64,000 nucleotides of DNA from Paramoeba atlantica. Lineage: Eukaryota > Protista > Discosea. Both the position numbers and the translations under genes were made by a program. How positions within the stretch are numbered: position 1 is the first letter of the stretch; each line of letters opens with the position of its first letter. The notes beneath the pieces are model-generated. The model worked only from the letters and a program-made list of their open reading frames with translations, ran no database searches and was not told the origin of the DNA. Positions 48,918 to 61,133 of this stretch are shown here, piece by piece. Location: contig CDRNVI010000065.1 in assembly GCA_977017575.1 (NCBI GenBank), positions 310,001 through 374,000 of the forward strand. The letters are read 5' to 3'.

Positions 48918-50603
48918 TTAATCGTCAGTACTAAAGGCACTTGCTGGATTCAGGTTTGAACAGATATGGATACGAGTACTACTAATTTCACATAATGGGT
49001 CAGACGAAAGGTGAATTCTGTGGTACTCATCCGCATCACACAGCTTTTGAAATATCGTTCCCCACTCTTCATCTACTACCCAAGGCATATGAATGATGTT
49101 TAATCCAATTTCTATCATCACCCTTTCTTTGAGGTAATCAAAAGAGCATTTCAAGCCAGTATCTTTCTCTATCAAATCAGGGCCTCCACTCGATTCTGCG
49201 TTCAACTTCATAGAGGTAGAGAATTGGTTACTTTCTATATTCGTGTCACCCAACTCTTCTTTTAATTTTTGTGCCGTACAAAGTTGGGCATCAGTCAGTA
49301 GCGCCCACATTTGTGGTGAGTTACTCACCTTGTTTTCAGTATCGGTTTGTGCGTTCAAGGCCTGTATTACTTCTTGTGGACTCAAAGCCACACTATGAGC
49401 TTTTAACAAGTGAAAGGGGTGAATGAGAAAATCCTTCTCTCGAGATTTTCTCATGGCCTTATTAAAGGACGTGCAGCGCTCTTCGGCCACAGCATACTTC
49501 GTTTGACATAACACAAGACGATGTAATAGCCATGTACAATGCTTAGAAAGAAAAAGTCTTCTGGACGTTTTCAGAAAATTTTCATTTTCTACACCCGATA
49601 CGCTCCGCGGTGTAGAACAATTTTCTAAACCTGTACTTTCGGCTGAGTCAAGAAAGTGTAGTCTGAGCCAAGATTCAGCACATTTTGTGCACTCCTGGAA
49701 AACCTTTTCCATTTGCATCCGTTTTTCGTTTACTGCTTCCTCAGAACACTTTGCACCGTTGCGTGGCGTGTAGAACCAATCTAGAACCGTAGCAAATACC
49801 CCTACGCTAGGCAAAACACCCAGCCAATGCACGAACTGTTCCAGATGCAGAGGTAGCTGAACGTGTTGCACATGTGTGTCTTTATCGCAAAAACTAATTT
49901 CGCTCTGTACTACGTATTCTCTATGTTGTACCCAACTTTTGAGAAAGCTCTCCGTATAGAGCCGCCGTCCTACTGTAACTGTGATGCTCTCCGCTAACGA
50001 CAATTGGGTTGATTGCAAGTCGCAAGGAAGAATTCCCGCATTGCTGGATTTCGACACGCATGCGAAGCGTACAGCTTGTTGTCGAAGATATAATCGGTGC
50101 AGGTGATCTTCAAGCATGAGGCGAATTAAATCCTCTGAAGTAATTTCATGTTTTTCAAAAAAACTGTTTCTCCGTCCTTGAGGACGCAACCGATATCGGA
50201 CGTTTAAAAGTTGTGATGTCTGGAGTGGATCCTGTTCATGAAATGGACTGCCTGAAGTGCTTTCCGTTGGAGGTTGTGAATGCCTATGAAGGTTCTTTAG
50301 CCAGTTAAAAACTCGAAAATCTTTCTCCCAATAAGGGTGGATCTCTCTAATTCTTTTCAAACGATTAACTGATTCTTCGTTCATAAAATTCTCTTGGTAT
50401 TTCTCCGCCTGTCGATTCTCAAGCATAGCTTTCTCCAGAACACGAATACTCGAATAACAGGGGTCATTCTCTATCGATATGTAGGACGGATGTCCAAAAA
50501 TTTCGGGATCTCTAGCATCGTACGGAATCGAAGGTCCAATAAGGGGATCAGTGCCGTCCTTGCTGTTTCGTTCAAGGCCAAGGATAACCGTTATTTCTTC
50601 CAT
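48918..50603 (-). CDS. Hypothetical protein (561 aa), copy 1
   Basis: Long ORF on the cluster strand; no motif recognised. Confidence 0.7.
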   Translation of the reverse strand: MEEITVILGLERNSKDGTDPLIGPSIPYDARDPEIFGHPSYISIENDPCYSSIRVLEKAMLENRQAEKYQENFMNEESVNRLKRIREIHPYWEKDFRVFNWLKNLHRHSQPPTESTSGSPFHEQDPLQTSQLLNVRYRLRPQGRRNSFFEKHEITSEDLIRLMLEDHLHRLYLRQQAVRFACVSKSSNAGILPCDLQSTQLSLAESITVTVGRRLYTESFLKSWVQHREYVVQSEISFCDKDTHVQHVQLPLHLEQFVHWLGVLPSVGVFATVLDWFYTPRNGAKCSEEAVNEKRMQMEKVFQECTKCAESWLRLHFLDSAESTGLENCSTPRSVSGVENENFLKTSRRLFLSKHCTWLLHRLVLCQTKYAVAEERCTSFNKAMRKSREKDFLIHPFHLLKAHSVALSPQEVIQALNAQTDTENKVSNSPQMWALLTDAQLCTAQKLKEELGDTNIESNQFSTSMKLNAESSGGPDLIEKDTGLKCSFDYLKERVMIEIGLNIIHMPWVVDEEWGTIFQKLCDADEYHRIHLSSDPLCEISSTRIHICSNLNPASAFSTDD

Positions 50604-50790
50604 TTCATTATTTTGAAACTTGTAGCCAAAATAAATAAGCTATCCTGGTATACAACTTGCAAAACAACACTTTGCAGTAGAATAACAGCAAAAGGAGAGT
50701 GATATACTGAAATCCGGGTAAACCTGGGATCAATTGGACTGAAGAATTGTAAGTCATGTATGAATAAATAACTCATTCCATTCGCACATG

Positions 50791-52002
50791 CTACTTCGTT
50801 GCGTTTGCATGAACTGCACCCTCCTTCACGAAAAGCGTTTTTTCCTTGACCCCATGCTCCTCCAGCGGGGCCAACGTTTCCACGATACTATCAAGCTCCG
50901 GTAGAGGATAGCGCAGCAGCGCGGCAATCCCAGACATTTGCGCGAGCTGCCTTCCGGTGACATGCAACGAGGAGAAGAACAACACCTTCCCCCCGAGCTC
51001 ATGGACGTTATCTACCAATGCAACGTATCGCCTACGCGTGGGATACCCCGCACTCAACAGCGTATCACACAGTAGTAGCGTGTCCACAGCATTCCGAGTG
51101 ATCGCCTCCGCAACATGCCGGGGGCCATAGCACACCGTGTCCGGGTCTTCGTTCATGTTTTTAAAAAACAGTTCCAACGCTCGTGCCTCCTCACACGCCT
51201 TCACGTCGGCTAACTGGGACCGCAGCCCGGGATCGGCCAGAGCCTCAGCCAACGCTCGTCGGTGCGCACTGTGCAGAAGACAGGACACAAATCGACTCTT
51301 GTGTTGCACAGCTTCTGGACTATTATGAAATAAATACTCCAGGAATTGTTCTCGTAAGAATCCCGGGGATCCGATCACACAAACTTTTACATGCTCCCAG
51401 TGAACATGTCGCTCCATGGCGGAAATAATTTTATCGAAAAACTTTTCCATCGCCTTGTCCCGGCTGGATGGATCGTAACAAGCACGAGATTTTCTCGGTA
51501 CCCCAGACTCGATAGTTTCTCGTGTAAGTGTCATGCTGGGGGTAATTAACGATATATGTGCGACCCCGGGTTCCATGGTCACCGCCGCGAGCTCCGCAGA
51601 GGCTACACGGTCACAGGAGGCTTTAATGTGTTCCATATGGGCGGGATCCCAGGACCCTTTCCCGACACTCAGCTCGTACCCGAGCTGCAACGTAAATGTG
51701 TGATGCTGTCCGAGTCGCACGAATTCATTCTCCCCAATGTTAATCCCCGCGACCCGTAGAGTGAGGCTCACGGCGTCATACTCAATACGCACGAGCCGAA
51801 GGATTAGCGTCAACACTTTACGATGGGCTGTGGCAGATTTACCCCCCGAGGCGTCGGTTTGAATCTTTCGTGTGGTCTTGGTTTTAATCGTGTCCCCGGC
51901 GGCTAGAAGGTTGTACAGGTCCCACATGTCCTCGGCGTGCTCGGGAAGTAACGTGAGTCGCCCACCCCCCTCGCGGTCCATGGACTTGCGTAATATTTTC
52001 AT
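50791..52002 (-). CDS. PELO: Pelota/Dom34 ribosome rescue factor, copy 1
   Basis: PEHAEDMWDLYNLLAAGD, ENEFVRLGQHHT, SPGFLREQF, YGPRHV, SSLHVTGRQLAQMSGIAALLRYPLPEL. Confidence 0.95.
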   Translation of the reverse strand: MKILRKSMDREGGGRLTLLPEHAEDMWDLYNLLAAGDTIKTKTTRKIQTDASGGKSATAHRKVLTLILRLVRIEYDAVSLTLRVAGINIGENEFVRLGQHHTFTLQLGYELSVGKGSWDPAHMEHIKASCDRVASAELAAVTMEPGVAHISLITPSMTLTRETIESGVPRKSRACYDPSSRDKAMEKFFDKIISAMERHVHWEHVKVCVIGSPGFLREQFLEYLFHNSPEAVQHKSRFVSCLLHSAHRRALAEALADPGLRSQLADVKACEEARALELFFKNMNEDPDTVCYGPRHVAEAITRNAVDTLLLCDTLLSAGYPTRRRYVALVDNVHELGGKVLFFSSLHVTGRQLAQMSGIAALLRYPLPELDSIVETLAPLEEHGVKEKTLFVKEGAVHANATK

Positions 52003-52289
52003 GGAGACATTTCGTTCTACGCAACGAAAACAAAGTCAGAAATGCGGAGGCATGTAAAGTAGCCTTGGGGCTTCAACATTGCAAAGAAAAGGTCCGAATT
52101 AGAGGTTCAAGTTCTTCTCCTCCGGATTTGAAGTATATTTTTGTACGATACCATTTCTATGAAAGTTAATCTATCATAATGAACTTTAAAGTGTCAGTTT
52201 CATAATGATACTGGCTTCACTAGGTTCACTGCTCGGGCTTAATTTTTTAGTAGTATATACCTTTTTTAACTGACTGCAAACGGGGTACT

Positions 52290-52701
52290 CTCCCCCCCCC
52301 TATCCTAGCGTTGCCTGGTTTTGGTGAAAAGCAACGCTAGGAGGGGGCGGGGGAGTAAAAACCCCCACCAATGGGGAATTTCGAATAATGTACTTGCTCA
52401 TCGGGCCACGATTTTCAAGTGAATCTTTAGACATGTCGATGACGGTTCTAAGATGGTAATATAGCCATGGTAATATAGCCATTAGTGAGACTAATGGCTA
52501 ATGACAGTAATAACATGGGATTGATAAATTGTTGAAATCGATAAAAAAATGTCTTCATGAATATAGAACTCGGAAAAAAAGAACAAAAAAAAAATCTGCC
52601 GCTTCGCGGCTGGATTAGTCATCCTCAAAAGCAACGCTAGGAGGGGGGGGACCGGGGCAACGCTAGGATAGGGGGGGGAGTAATATTACTTCCCCCCCTA
52701 C
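52290..52701. mobile_element. MITE-like segment with 26-bp inverted repeats and a terminal palindrome; copy at 62820-63231
   Basis: ctccccccccctatcctagcgttgcc (52290-52315) is inverted at 52656-52680; internal direct copies of aaaagcaacgctaggagggg; near-palindrome at 52669-52701. Confidence 0.6.
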
Positions 52702-54412
52702 TTATGCGCAACCGTTTGACCCGGCCACTTAAGCGCAATTTTGACGCATCGTTCAGAAGAACAGCGCCGCAAAGCGGCGCGATCTTTTTTTGTGGTACGA
52801 AATTTTGTACCAATTTTCGCCACTATTGAAATGGAGAGTCTGCAGGTAGTCCCTTTGGACGTTCAAAAATGATCTTCATCGATCTCCATCGATCTCCTCT
52901 GATCCACACTGACCTCCACCGATCTGTACGGCGAGTCTTTGCAAACTATACTGTACTGTTCATCAGAGGAACATCAGAGTACTGTACTATACTGTACTGT
53001 TCATCAGAGAATGTATGGTGAAAATGTACTGTGAACAGCGATTTTTTTGAAAATGTTCCTCAGAGGGTTGAAACCTGTCAGGTTTTGCCGGGTTTTGCCA
53101 GGTTTTGCCTGGACACCTATTTTGGGAGGGTTACTTTGGGAGGCGTGCCACGGCTTCAAGAAGGGGCATTTTGTGAAAACTGAACCAATATTCGCACTTT
53201 TCTCATTTCTGGTAAAAAAAAAGTTTATTTGAACTTTTTTCTGCCCCTTTTTTATGATGAATTGTGTTTGTGTACATTAATTTTATATAAACGGTGTGTT
53301 TTTTGAATTCGTTTGTGCTTCTTTATCTTCTCACCTTTTAATGACGCGCACTGGATGCGTTAAGGTTGTCGTTCAATAATTATCATTAGAAAAATGTCCT
53401 CCAGGGGTGAGAATCAATGTCTTAAAAGGATGCGAAAGCACTCTCCAGTGGCGCAGAAAGTGATATGTTACAAGAACCATTGAGATAATAGAAGAACCAC
53501 GAATTATCTGCATGGACTCTGGTCCGAATAGAACGTTCAAGAATCCTCTTCTCCAAACATCGAGAATCTTGCTTCAGGAAGTCGCATAAAAATTCTATCT
53601 GACACCCGTCACGATTTATCTCTACGCGAAAGTGTTAGCCACCAAAGACAGTGGATTACAACTGAAGGCGTGCACTATGGAGTGCGCTAACTCCATGGCT
53701 AAAAAGCGTCTGAAGCGGGACAGTATTGTTCCAGGTCGGAAGCTGAAAAAGAAGGGTACCGAATACAAGCATAAGCAGAGGTATGCACCGGAAGTTTTAA
53801 GTGTAGTGGGGGTGATGCATTGTTTCAAGTTTTAGTAAATTTGAAGCAAGGCCGTGCATGAGTTCATTTGTAAGAAGTAAGCATGTACAAGTTGAGAAAA
53901 GTTTAAAGTACGGGAAAAAAGGGATTTTTTTTGAAAATTTGTAAAATTGCGAATATTGGTTCAGTTTAACCGGCAGAGTGCACCGCGATCGCAGTAAAAA
54001 TCTTAAGGAGAAGGTGCAAGAAACTTGTAGCCGCACGGATGAGATTCTTGTAGAGTTCAAGAAGGTGCAAAGAGAGGTCGGAGAATTGCGGGATGAAGTA
54101 CTTGCTCTACGGAAAAAAGTGATCTATCTTGAAATTCTGAGTATCAACCAGACGACTGAAAGCATGGGTGAAGTCCATGGGGAAGGAATGACGGTGAAGA
54201 AGCGAAAGTCTTACGATCCTATGGAATTACAATAAATTTGAACGCATAGTACAGTAAAGAAAGCGGGAAATGAAGAACGTAACGTAAGCTCATACTTTTG
54301 TCTCAATGTATTTCTACGTTTCCTACTATATTTCTATCATCCTATGTTTGTGTACTCTATTTTTCTATTTCTTCCTATAATTTATGGCATTTATTAGCTT
54401 TATATCTTCACG

Positions 54413-54847
54413 ATGTCACAGATTTGCCTTCTTCCTTGGTCTAACGTTGCACATGGATTTACTGGATATTCCCCGGAAGTTATTTCGCAACTTGTGTCTC
54501 GGCTTAATTGCACTAATGTTCAAGTTTTTAATGCACTTACGATGCTGCATTTGAATCTAACGCACGAGCAAACAGCTGACGTTCTCATACCATATTTGGG
54601 TAAACATTATTCCTCTACGCACGTGTGGAAAAAGTTTATTCGGCCTGCGTTGAATGCATCTGACATTGCAGGCAACCTTGCTGAAACAGAGCGACGCTTT
54701 TTGGTCCGTGAACCACACTTTGTTCTCTGCACATCAATACTTGACGGAGTTCCCATGTACAGTAGTGCATCTACGCATAGAGAACCTCCCGGCCGTAAAA
54801 GCCTTACAAAAATACTTCGATGTTTCCCACAAATGAAATACATGTAG
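54413..54847 (+). pseudogene. PIF/Harbinger-like transposase N-terminal fragment (HTH plus first catalytic Asp) crossing the duplication junction
   Basis: FTGYSPE..ALTMLHLNLTHEQTA..STHVWKK (HTH_Tnp_4-like) followed by CTSILDG. Confidence 0.6.
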
Positions 54848-54871
54848 ATTGAAAAAAATGTCTCATTCACA

Positions 54872-55888
54872 CTACAATTTTTGACGCATAAGCTTTATGA
54901 ACGGCTCACACACGGAACGCCAATGTGTTGCGGAATGTCGATCCAAACCTTTACTTTTTCCAGATTCGTACCACCCCATCACTGCACTCTCGTTCACAAT
55001 ACCTCTTTCCATTAATTCAAACAAAAAAATTGGGAATTTGTCTTGCATACATACCTTGTTTTCTTGTGCAAAACGCTCTGCCTCTTCCACCACCACAGAA
55101 TATAAATCCTTGTTCACAAATCGCTTCAGGATAGGCGTGAGCTGACGGATTTGCATACACGCATGTTCAGCATCGATACCCCCACGAAAACACGCACGAA
55201 ACACCAACCGGGCCAAATCCTTTTCCTGCATCCCGTATTCCTGTTTCAAATCAAATACCTTGTCCACCACCGCGCTCTCCCCCACCCCTGCGCGAATCAG
55301 CTCGGTTAACTCCACCACCGGGTCCCCACCCACATTTTCTATCGTCTCCTCCTGTAACTCCCCCTGGTCATGCCCGGCGGCTCGCCGTGTACTCCGCTCC
55401 CACTTCGCCTCCTGTTTCTGGTCCTTACTGGGCTGCGCGGCTCGGGTATCCTTCTCGTGCCGCATAATCGCGGCCATCACTTTTTCACTCACCGTGAGGT
55501 CCGAGCCGCGGGAGCAGGCCTTGCAGGTCATCTGGAGTCTTCCCTTCTCCGCTGTGGTGTAGACCGTCTCGGGGTTACGGCAGTGTTTGCACAACACCCC
55601 GCGACGGATAAACTCGTAGAGCCGGTTTTGGAGTTTGTACGCATCCGCCTTGATGTGATCCCCGGCCAGGGACCAGCGATCGTTCTCGAGTTTCATCGCG
55701 ACCCCGAGATCGGTGCTCATGGATTTGATGAGGTACTCCGCGGGACGGTGGATGGAATCGGCGACGTCGCGGATGTTCAGCACGACGGTTTTGATGCCGT
55801 TGCCCCGGCCCTCGACTTTGCACAGCAGTGCGGGCATTTTGTACCGGTAGAAGGAGTCCTCGCGACGTTCTGGGTCAATGTTGATCAT
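54872..55888 (-). CDS. EIF5: eIF5, copy 2
   Basis: Protein identical to 44343-45359. Confidence 0.93.
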   Translation of the reverse strand: MINIDPERREDSFYRYKMPALLCKVEGRGNGIKTVVLNIRDVADSIHRPAEYLIKSMSTDLGVAMKLENDRWSLAGDHIKADAYKLQNRLYEFIRRGVLCKHCRNPETVYTTAEKGRLQMTCKACSRGSDLTVSEKVMAAIMRHEKDTRAAQPSKDQKQEAKWERSTRRAAGHDQGELQEETIENVGGDPVVELTELIRAGVGESAVVDKVFDLKQEYGMQEKDLARLVFRACFRGGIDAEHACMQIRQLTPILKRFVNKDLYSVVVEEAERFAQENKVCMQDKFPIFLFELMERGIVNESAVMGWYESGKSKGLDRHSATHWRSVCEPFIKLMRQKL

Positions 55889-56375
55889 GGAATGGGTTGG
55901 TTTTAAGAAAGAAAAAGTTCACTATTCGTTAAAAAGATGTGAATTGTCATGTGATATCGTGTGAGAATAAACCAGGCCAGTCGAAGGGCATTGTATCCAA
56001 TTCCTAAACTATTTGTTCACTAGATTTACTACTCTACTTTCAGTATACACTGAAACTCAGTATACACTGAAACTGGAGTATAATACTCCATTCTTAGAAT
56101 TTGTATCTAAAGGATTAGCCTGGTAAACGGAACCCGACACATTTTGAGCGCGGCAAGCCTCATACTTCTTCTTCCGCTGTTACGCTCGCCAATAAACTGG
56201 CTACCCGGACTGCTGACCAAACAAAATGGACCTCAATTGCGGACGAATCATGGGTAGATTCAGAAATCAATCCTCGATACATCGGTCACGAAGTGCAGTG
56301 TTCCGTTTTCGAAAGACAGAAAATTGATTTGGTCATAACTGATGCTTGCCACGGTATGTCAGACACTCCACTTTG

Positions 56376-57266
56376 CTACACGTCATTCATCCGCGCAATA
56401 GCGGCCAACCCTGCCTTGCTCACCATAGTCCTCCTTTCCTGCACCGAAGGAGCCGCTGTGGATTTCCTCACCGCTCTCGACACTGCCGTTGCGGGCGATT
56501 TCCTAAACCGTGACACCACCGGTTTCACCTCTGCCGTGCCAACCATTCGTCCCCTTTTTCGAACGTTGCCTTCATGAGCTGCTTTTGACGTACGCCTTTC
56601 CTTTACTGTACTCTCCCCGCACCCACAGGAGGCCTCCATCTGGTGTGTCTCAAAAAGCGAGCCTAGTCTACGCCCGGTTCCCGCAAACGGGTGGGATGTG
56701 ATCGTCTTGTTTGCTAATCCTCCAGGGCCGCTCTGTTCGTTCGCGGGCCCTAGCCCGAGACTTGGATACGCGGAGGAATGAAACGGGTTGCGCTCCCAGT
56801 GCCCCTCTACGAACGAGCACCAGGAATGGTAGAGACGGCGGAACTCCGCATTATGCGGACCGACGCGGTTGTGCACGAGTTCATGAACCATGGTGCTCAC
56901 TAAGGCGGGGAGAGGAAGAAAGGTGGAGCCAGAGAGCCCATCTGGGACTTTATTTTTTTCAGCACTTTTTTCAAATGTGGTTTGGGTACGACGGGAATGG
57001 GGTGAGCCCTTGGGTGGTCTCCGTCGGCTAGGTGTGGGGGTGCGTAGACGAACACGAATCGTTTCGCCATGGTTGTAATTGATACCGAGTAAGCATTGGT
57101 TTGCGGGTGAAAATTCATGTAACGCCCCGACGTGTAGGGATTCGGTACGCATGAGAGGGCGGACAAGATCCAGAATGGTTTGGAGTAAGGCGGTGGCGTG
57201 CTCTCGGTGAGGGAGTGCAAGGGTTTGGAGAGAAACAATGTCGACCGCGTTGATTGCTGGAGACAT
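56376..57266 (-). CDS. WLM/Wss1-like metalloprotease, copy 2
   Basis: Identical to 45847-46737. Confidence 0.87.
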   Translation of the reverse strand: MSPAINAVDIVSLQTLALPHREHATALLQTILDLVRPLMRTESLHVGALHEFSPANQCLLGINYNHGETIRVRLRTPTPSRRRPPKGSPHSRRTQTTFEKSAEKNKVPDGLSGSTFLPLPALVSTMVHELVHNRVGPHNAEFRRLYHSWCSFVEGHWERNPFHSSAYPSLGLGPANEQSGPGGLANKTITSHPFAGTGRRLGSLFETHQMEASCGCGESTVKERRTSKAAHEGNVRKRGRMVGTAEVKPVVSRFRKSPATAVSRAVRKSTAAPSVQERRTMVSKAGLAAIARMNDV

Positions 57267-59447
57267 TGGTCCAAGAGTAGAAAGTAGGAGATGCTTGAAA
57301 ATTGGAGGTCACTAAGATACAGCAGGTGATGGTTACAGTAAATCCCCCTGCGCGCAATAGCTCCATCACTTAGTGGTTACGAATCACTTATTAGTTTCAT
57401 AAGGTAATTAATTCGAAAAAAAACTTGTTGTTTTTCAACGTAGAAGTCACGACCGCTTCGCGTTGAAAACTACCTCCGCGTTTAACGGAGCGACTAGAAA
57501 AGACGGCTTGGCCAGGAAAACAGAACTCTGCTTTATGACGACTCCTCCGGCTCCTCTCTTGAATCATGTGATTCAGAAGATTCCGAGGGATAAGCAAGTA
57601 AGTCAGGTATCGCCAAAATTCTACTTTGTGGAAGAGGCTGGTCAAGATCTTAGGTCGGTTCTTGAACAAAACCCATTGTTTGCTCCGCGGCGTTCCACAA
57701 TGCATGTAAGATTGCATGCGAAAATTTACCAAAGTATGTATCGTACCCCTGTATTTGATCACCACAAGGATGACCTTTTTTTGGCTGATTTAGGGTACAT
57801 TGGTTGTGCACACTGCCTTGTACCCTACCGTGATCTGACCAAGTCGCAAAAGCATCTCAACCAAAGCATTTCATTTATTCGGTCTCCAATCAAAGCGATG
57901 TTTTGCTCATTTTGACAGGTTTCGTTTTTTTATGGTACTGACCATGATATCCCTTGGGTCCGAGATGTCCTTCAAATTGGATCTGTAGTAACGTATAGCC
58001 TGCTGACTAACAAGCCGCAGTGTTTAAAACCTAAAAGTGATGAGGATGAGTGCTTATGTACTAAAGAATGCGGTGTAGTTGGGTGTACAAAAGCTCGCAG
58101 AGACTGGCTTAAGGAGCGTATCCATAACGTGGCGTACGACTCAAAAAAAACGGGTACTGTGACCCCCCCTTTACTTCGCCCGTTTTGATCAGTAGCGAAG
58201 TATAAAGGCGGGGGGTGTACAATATCGCCAAAAATGTGTTCGGAAGCTAATAAACCCCGCCCAACGAATAAGGGGCTTAATTGCGGTGGTTGTATAACTA
58301 CCGCTCTACCCTCGATTATTGAAAAAAAAGTGAACAAAAACAGTGAAAATAAAGGGGAACACAGTAATATAATAGAAGAAAAAAATATAAAAGGGGACCC
58401 GGTGGTCCAAAACTGAAAAAAAAAATTCAAAAAAATGGGGGGTCCATGGGGGGGTCCATGGGGGGGGTCCATGGGGGGGGCATACGTCGCGATTTTTTTT
58501 CGAATTTTTTGCTTTTCGAAATCGAGCGTAGGGAAGTGGTAGAGTATACCGCAGCGATAATTTTCCACCCCCCCTGGGGGTACCCCCACTGGTACGCGCG
58601 GGAGGGATCCGACAAGGTCAAAATTTCCGAAATTTTTGGGGTGACCAAAAAAGATTTTTTTTAGACCCAAAAAAAAATAAAAATCTTATTTTTCCAAAAT
58701 CGACTCCTAAAACGTGTTTTAGGAGTTTGGGACTTCAGCTACCATTCTGCGACGTTTTTTGCGTCACATTCGCCTCCTACCCCTACTGGTAAGGCATCCA
58801 AAACGGCCCAAATTTGGGTTAAATTTTCACATTTTTTTTTGCCGAAAAATCGAGGTTTTTACCCCCAAAAAATAGATTATGCATGATCTTTTCGCGATTT
58901 TTCTTTTTTAGGCTCTTCGTTAAACGCGGCGGTAGTTTTCAACGCGAAGCGCGCAGCATGAGTGACTTCTAAGTTGAAAACAACTACCGCGTTTAACGAA
59001 GAGCCTAATTAATAAGGGGCTTTATAAGGGGCTGCGGGTGGCGAGGTTTCACCCGCAGCCCCTCATATGAATATTTAGAACGTCCTTGTTTCGTTTTTGG
59101 AAAAATTAAAACCGCCCCCCCCCTCGGGGGGGGGGGGAGCACACGGAAAAACTTAGCAGGTTTCAACCCTCTAAGTAATGTCCCCCCGTTTAAGCGCACC
59201 TCGTTTTCCGGTGAAAAATGCGCTTAAAAGGGGGGGGTCTGAATCACTATATAATCAAAAAATTCGCCCCACTTCGCGGCGCCGGAATCTGCACCTTGAC
59301 TCTATGTGCGCTTAAGCGGGGGGGTCTGACCGGGAGCGCGTAAGGGGAGGGGGGGAGTAAGTATAAAGGGGGGTCTGACCAGAGAAGTATAAAGAGGGGG
59401 TCACAGTAAGTAAGCGCTCGCATTATCTGGTGGCGTTTCGGGGTGGT

Positions 59448-61133
59448 TTAATCGTCAGTACTAAAGGCACTTGCTGGATTCAGGTTTGAACAGATATGGA
59501 TACGAGTACTACTAATTTCACATAATGGGTCAGACGAAAGGTGAATTCTGTGGTACTCATCCGCATCACACAGCTTTTGAAATATCGTTCCCCACTCTTC
59601 ATCTACTACCCAAGGCATATGAATGATGTTTAATCCAATTTCTATCATCACCCTTTCTTTGAGGTAATCAAAAGAGCATTTCAAGCCAGTATCTTTCTCT
59701 ATCAAATCAGGGCCTCCACTCGATTCTGCGTTCAACTTCATAGAGGTAGAGAATTGGTTACTTTCTATATTCGTGTCACCCAACTCTTCTTTTAATTTTT
59801 GTGCCGTACAAAGTTGGGCATCAGTCAGTAGCGCCCACATTTGTGGTGAGTTACTCACCTTGTTTTCAGTATCGGTTTGTGCGTTCAAGGCCTGTATTAC
59901 TTCTTGTGGACTCAAAGCCACACTATGAGCTTTTAACAAGTGAAAGGGGTGAATGAGAAAATCCTTCTCTCGAGATTTTCTCATGGCCTTATTAAAGGAC
60001 GTGCAGCGCTCTTCGGCCACAGCATACTTCGTTTGACATAACACAAGACGATGTAATAGCCATGTACAATGCTTAGAAAGAAAAAGTCTTCTGGACGTTT
60101 TCAGAAAATTTTCATTTTCTACACCCGATACGCTCCGCGGTGTAGAACAATTTTCTAAACCTGTACTTTCGGCTGAGTCAAGAAAGTGTAGTCTGAGCCA
60201 AGATTCAGCACATTTTGTGCACTCCTGGAAAACCTTTTCCATTTGCATCCGTTTTTCGTTTACTGCTTCCTCAGAACACTTTGCACCGTTGCGTGGCGTG
60301 TAGAACCAATCTAGAACCGTAGCAAATACCCCTACGCTAGGCAAAACACCCAGCCAATGCACGAACTGTTCCAGATGCAGAGGTAGCTGAACGTGTTGCA
60401 CATGTGTGTCTTTATCGCAAAAACTAATTTCGCTCTGTACTACGTATTCTCTATGTTGTACCCAACTTTTGAGAAAGCTCTCCGTATAGAGCCGCCGTCC
60501 TACTGTAACTGTGATGCTCTCCGCTAACGACAATTGGGTTGATTGCAAGTCGCAAGGAAGAATTCCCGCATTGCTGGATTTCGACACGCATGCGAAGCGT
60601 ACAGCTTGTTGTCGAAGATATAATCGGTGCAGGTGATCTTCAAGCATGAGGCGAATTAAATCCTCTGAAGTAATTTCATGTTTTTCAAAAAAACTGTTTC
60701 TCCGTCCTTGAGGACGCAACCGATATCGGACGTTTAAAAGTTGTGATGTCTGGAGTGGATCCTGTTCATGAAATGGACTGCCTGAAGTGCTTTCCGTTGG
60801 AGGTTGTGAATGCCTATGAAGGTTCTTTAGCCAGTTAAAAACTCGAAAATCTTTCTCCCAATAAGGGTGGATCTCTCTAATTCTTTTCAAACGATTAACT
60901 GATTCTTCGTTCATAAAATTCTCTTGGTATTTCTCCGCCTGTCGATTCTCAAGCATAGCTTTCTCCAGAACACGAATACTCGAATAACAGGGGTCATTCT
61001 CTATCGATATGTAGGACGGATGTCCAAAAATTTCGGGATCTCTAGCATCGTACGGAATCGAAGGTCCAATAAGGGGATCAGTGCCGTCCTTGCTGTTTCG
61101 TTCAAGGCCAAGGATAACCGTTATTTCTTCCAT
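59448..61133 (-). CDS. Hypothetical protein (561 aa), copy 2
   Basis: Identical to 48918-50603. Confidence 0.7.
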   Translation of the reverse strand: MEEITVILGLERNSKDGTDPLIGPSIPYDARDPEIFGHPSYISIENDPCYSSIRVLEKAMLENRQAEKYQENFMNEESVNRLKRIREIHPYWEKDFRVFNWLKNLHRHSQPPTESTSGSPFHEQDPLQTSQLLNVRYRLRPQGRRNSFFEKHEITSEDLIRLMLEDHLHRLYLRQQAVRFACVSKSSNAGILPCDLQSTQLSLAESITVTVGRRLYTESFLKSWVQHREYVVQSEISFCDKDTHVQHVQLPLHLEQFVHWLGVLPSVGVFATVLDWFYTPRNGAKCSEEAVNEKRMQMEKVFQECTKCAESWLRLHFLDSAESTGLENCSTPRSVSGVENENFLKTSRRLFLSKHCTWLLHRLVLCQTKYAVAEERCTSFNKAMRKSREKDFLIHPFHLLKAHSVALSPQEVIQALNAQTDTENKVSNSPQMWALLTDAQLCTAQKLKEELGDTNIESNQFSTSMKLNAESSGGPDLIEKDTGLKCSFDYLKERVMIEIGLNIIHMPWVVDEEWGTIFQKLCDADEYHRIHLSSDPLCEISSTRIHICSNLNPASAFSTDD

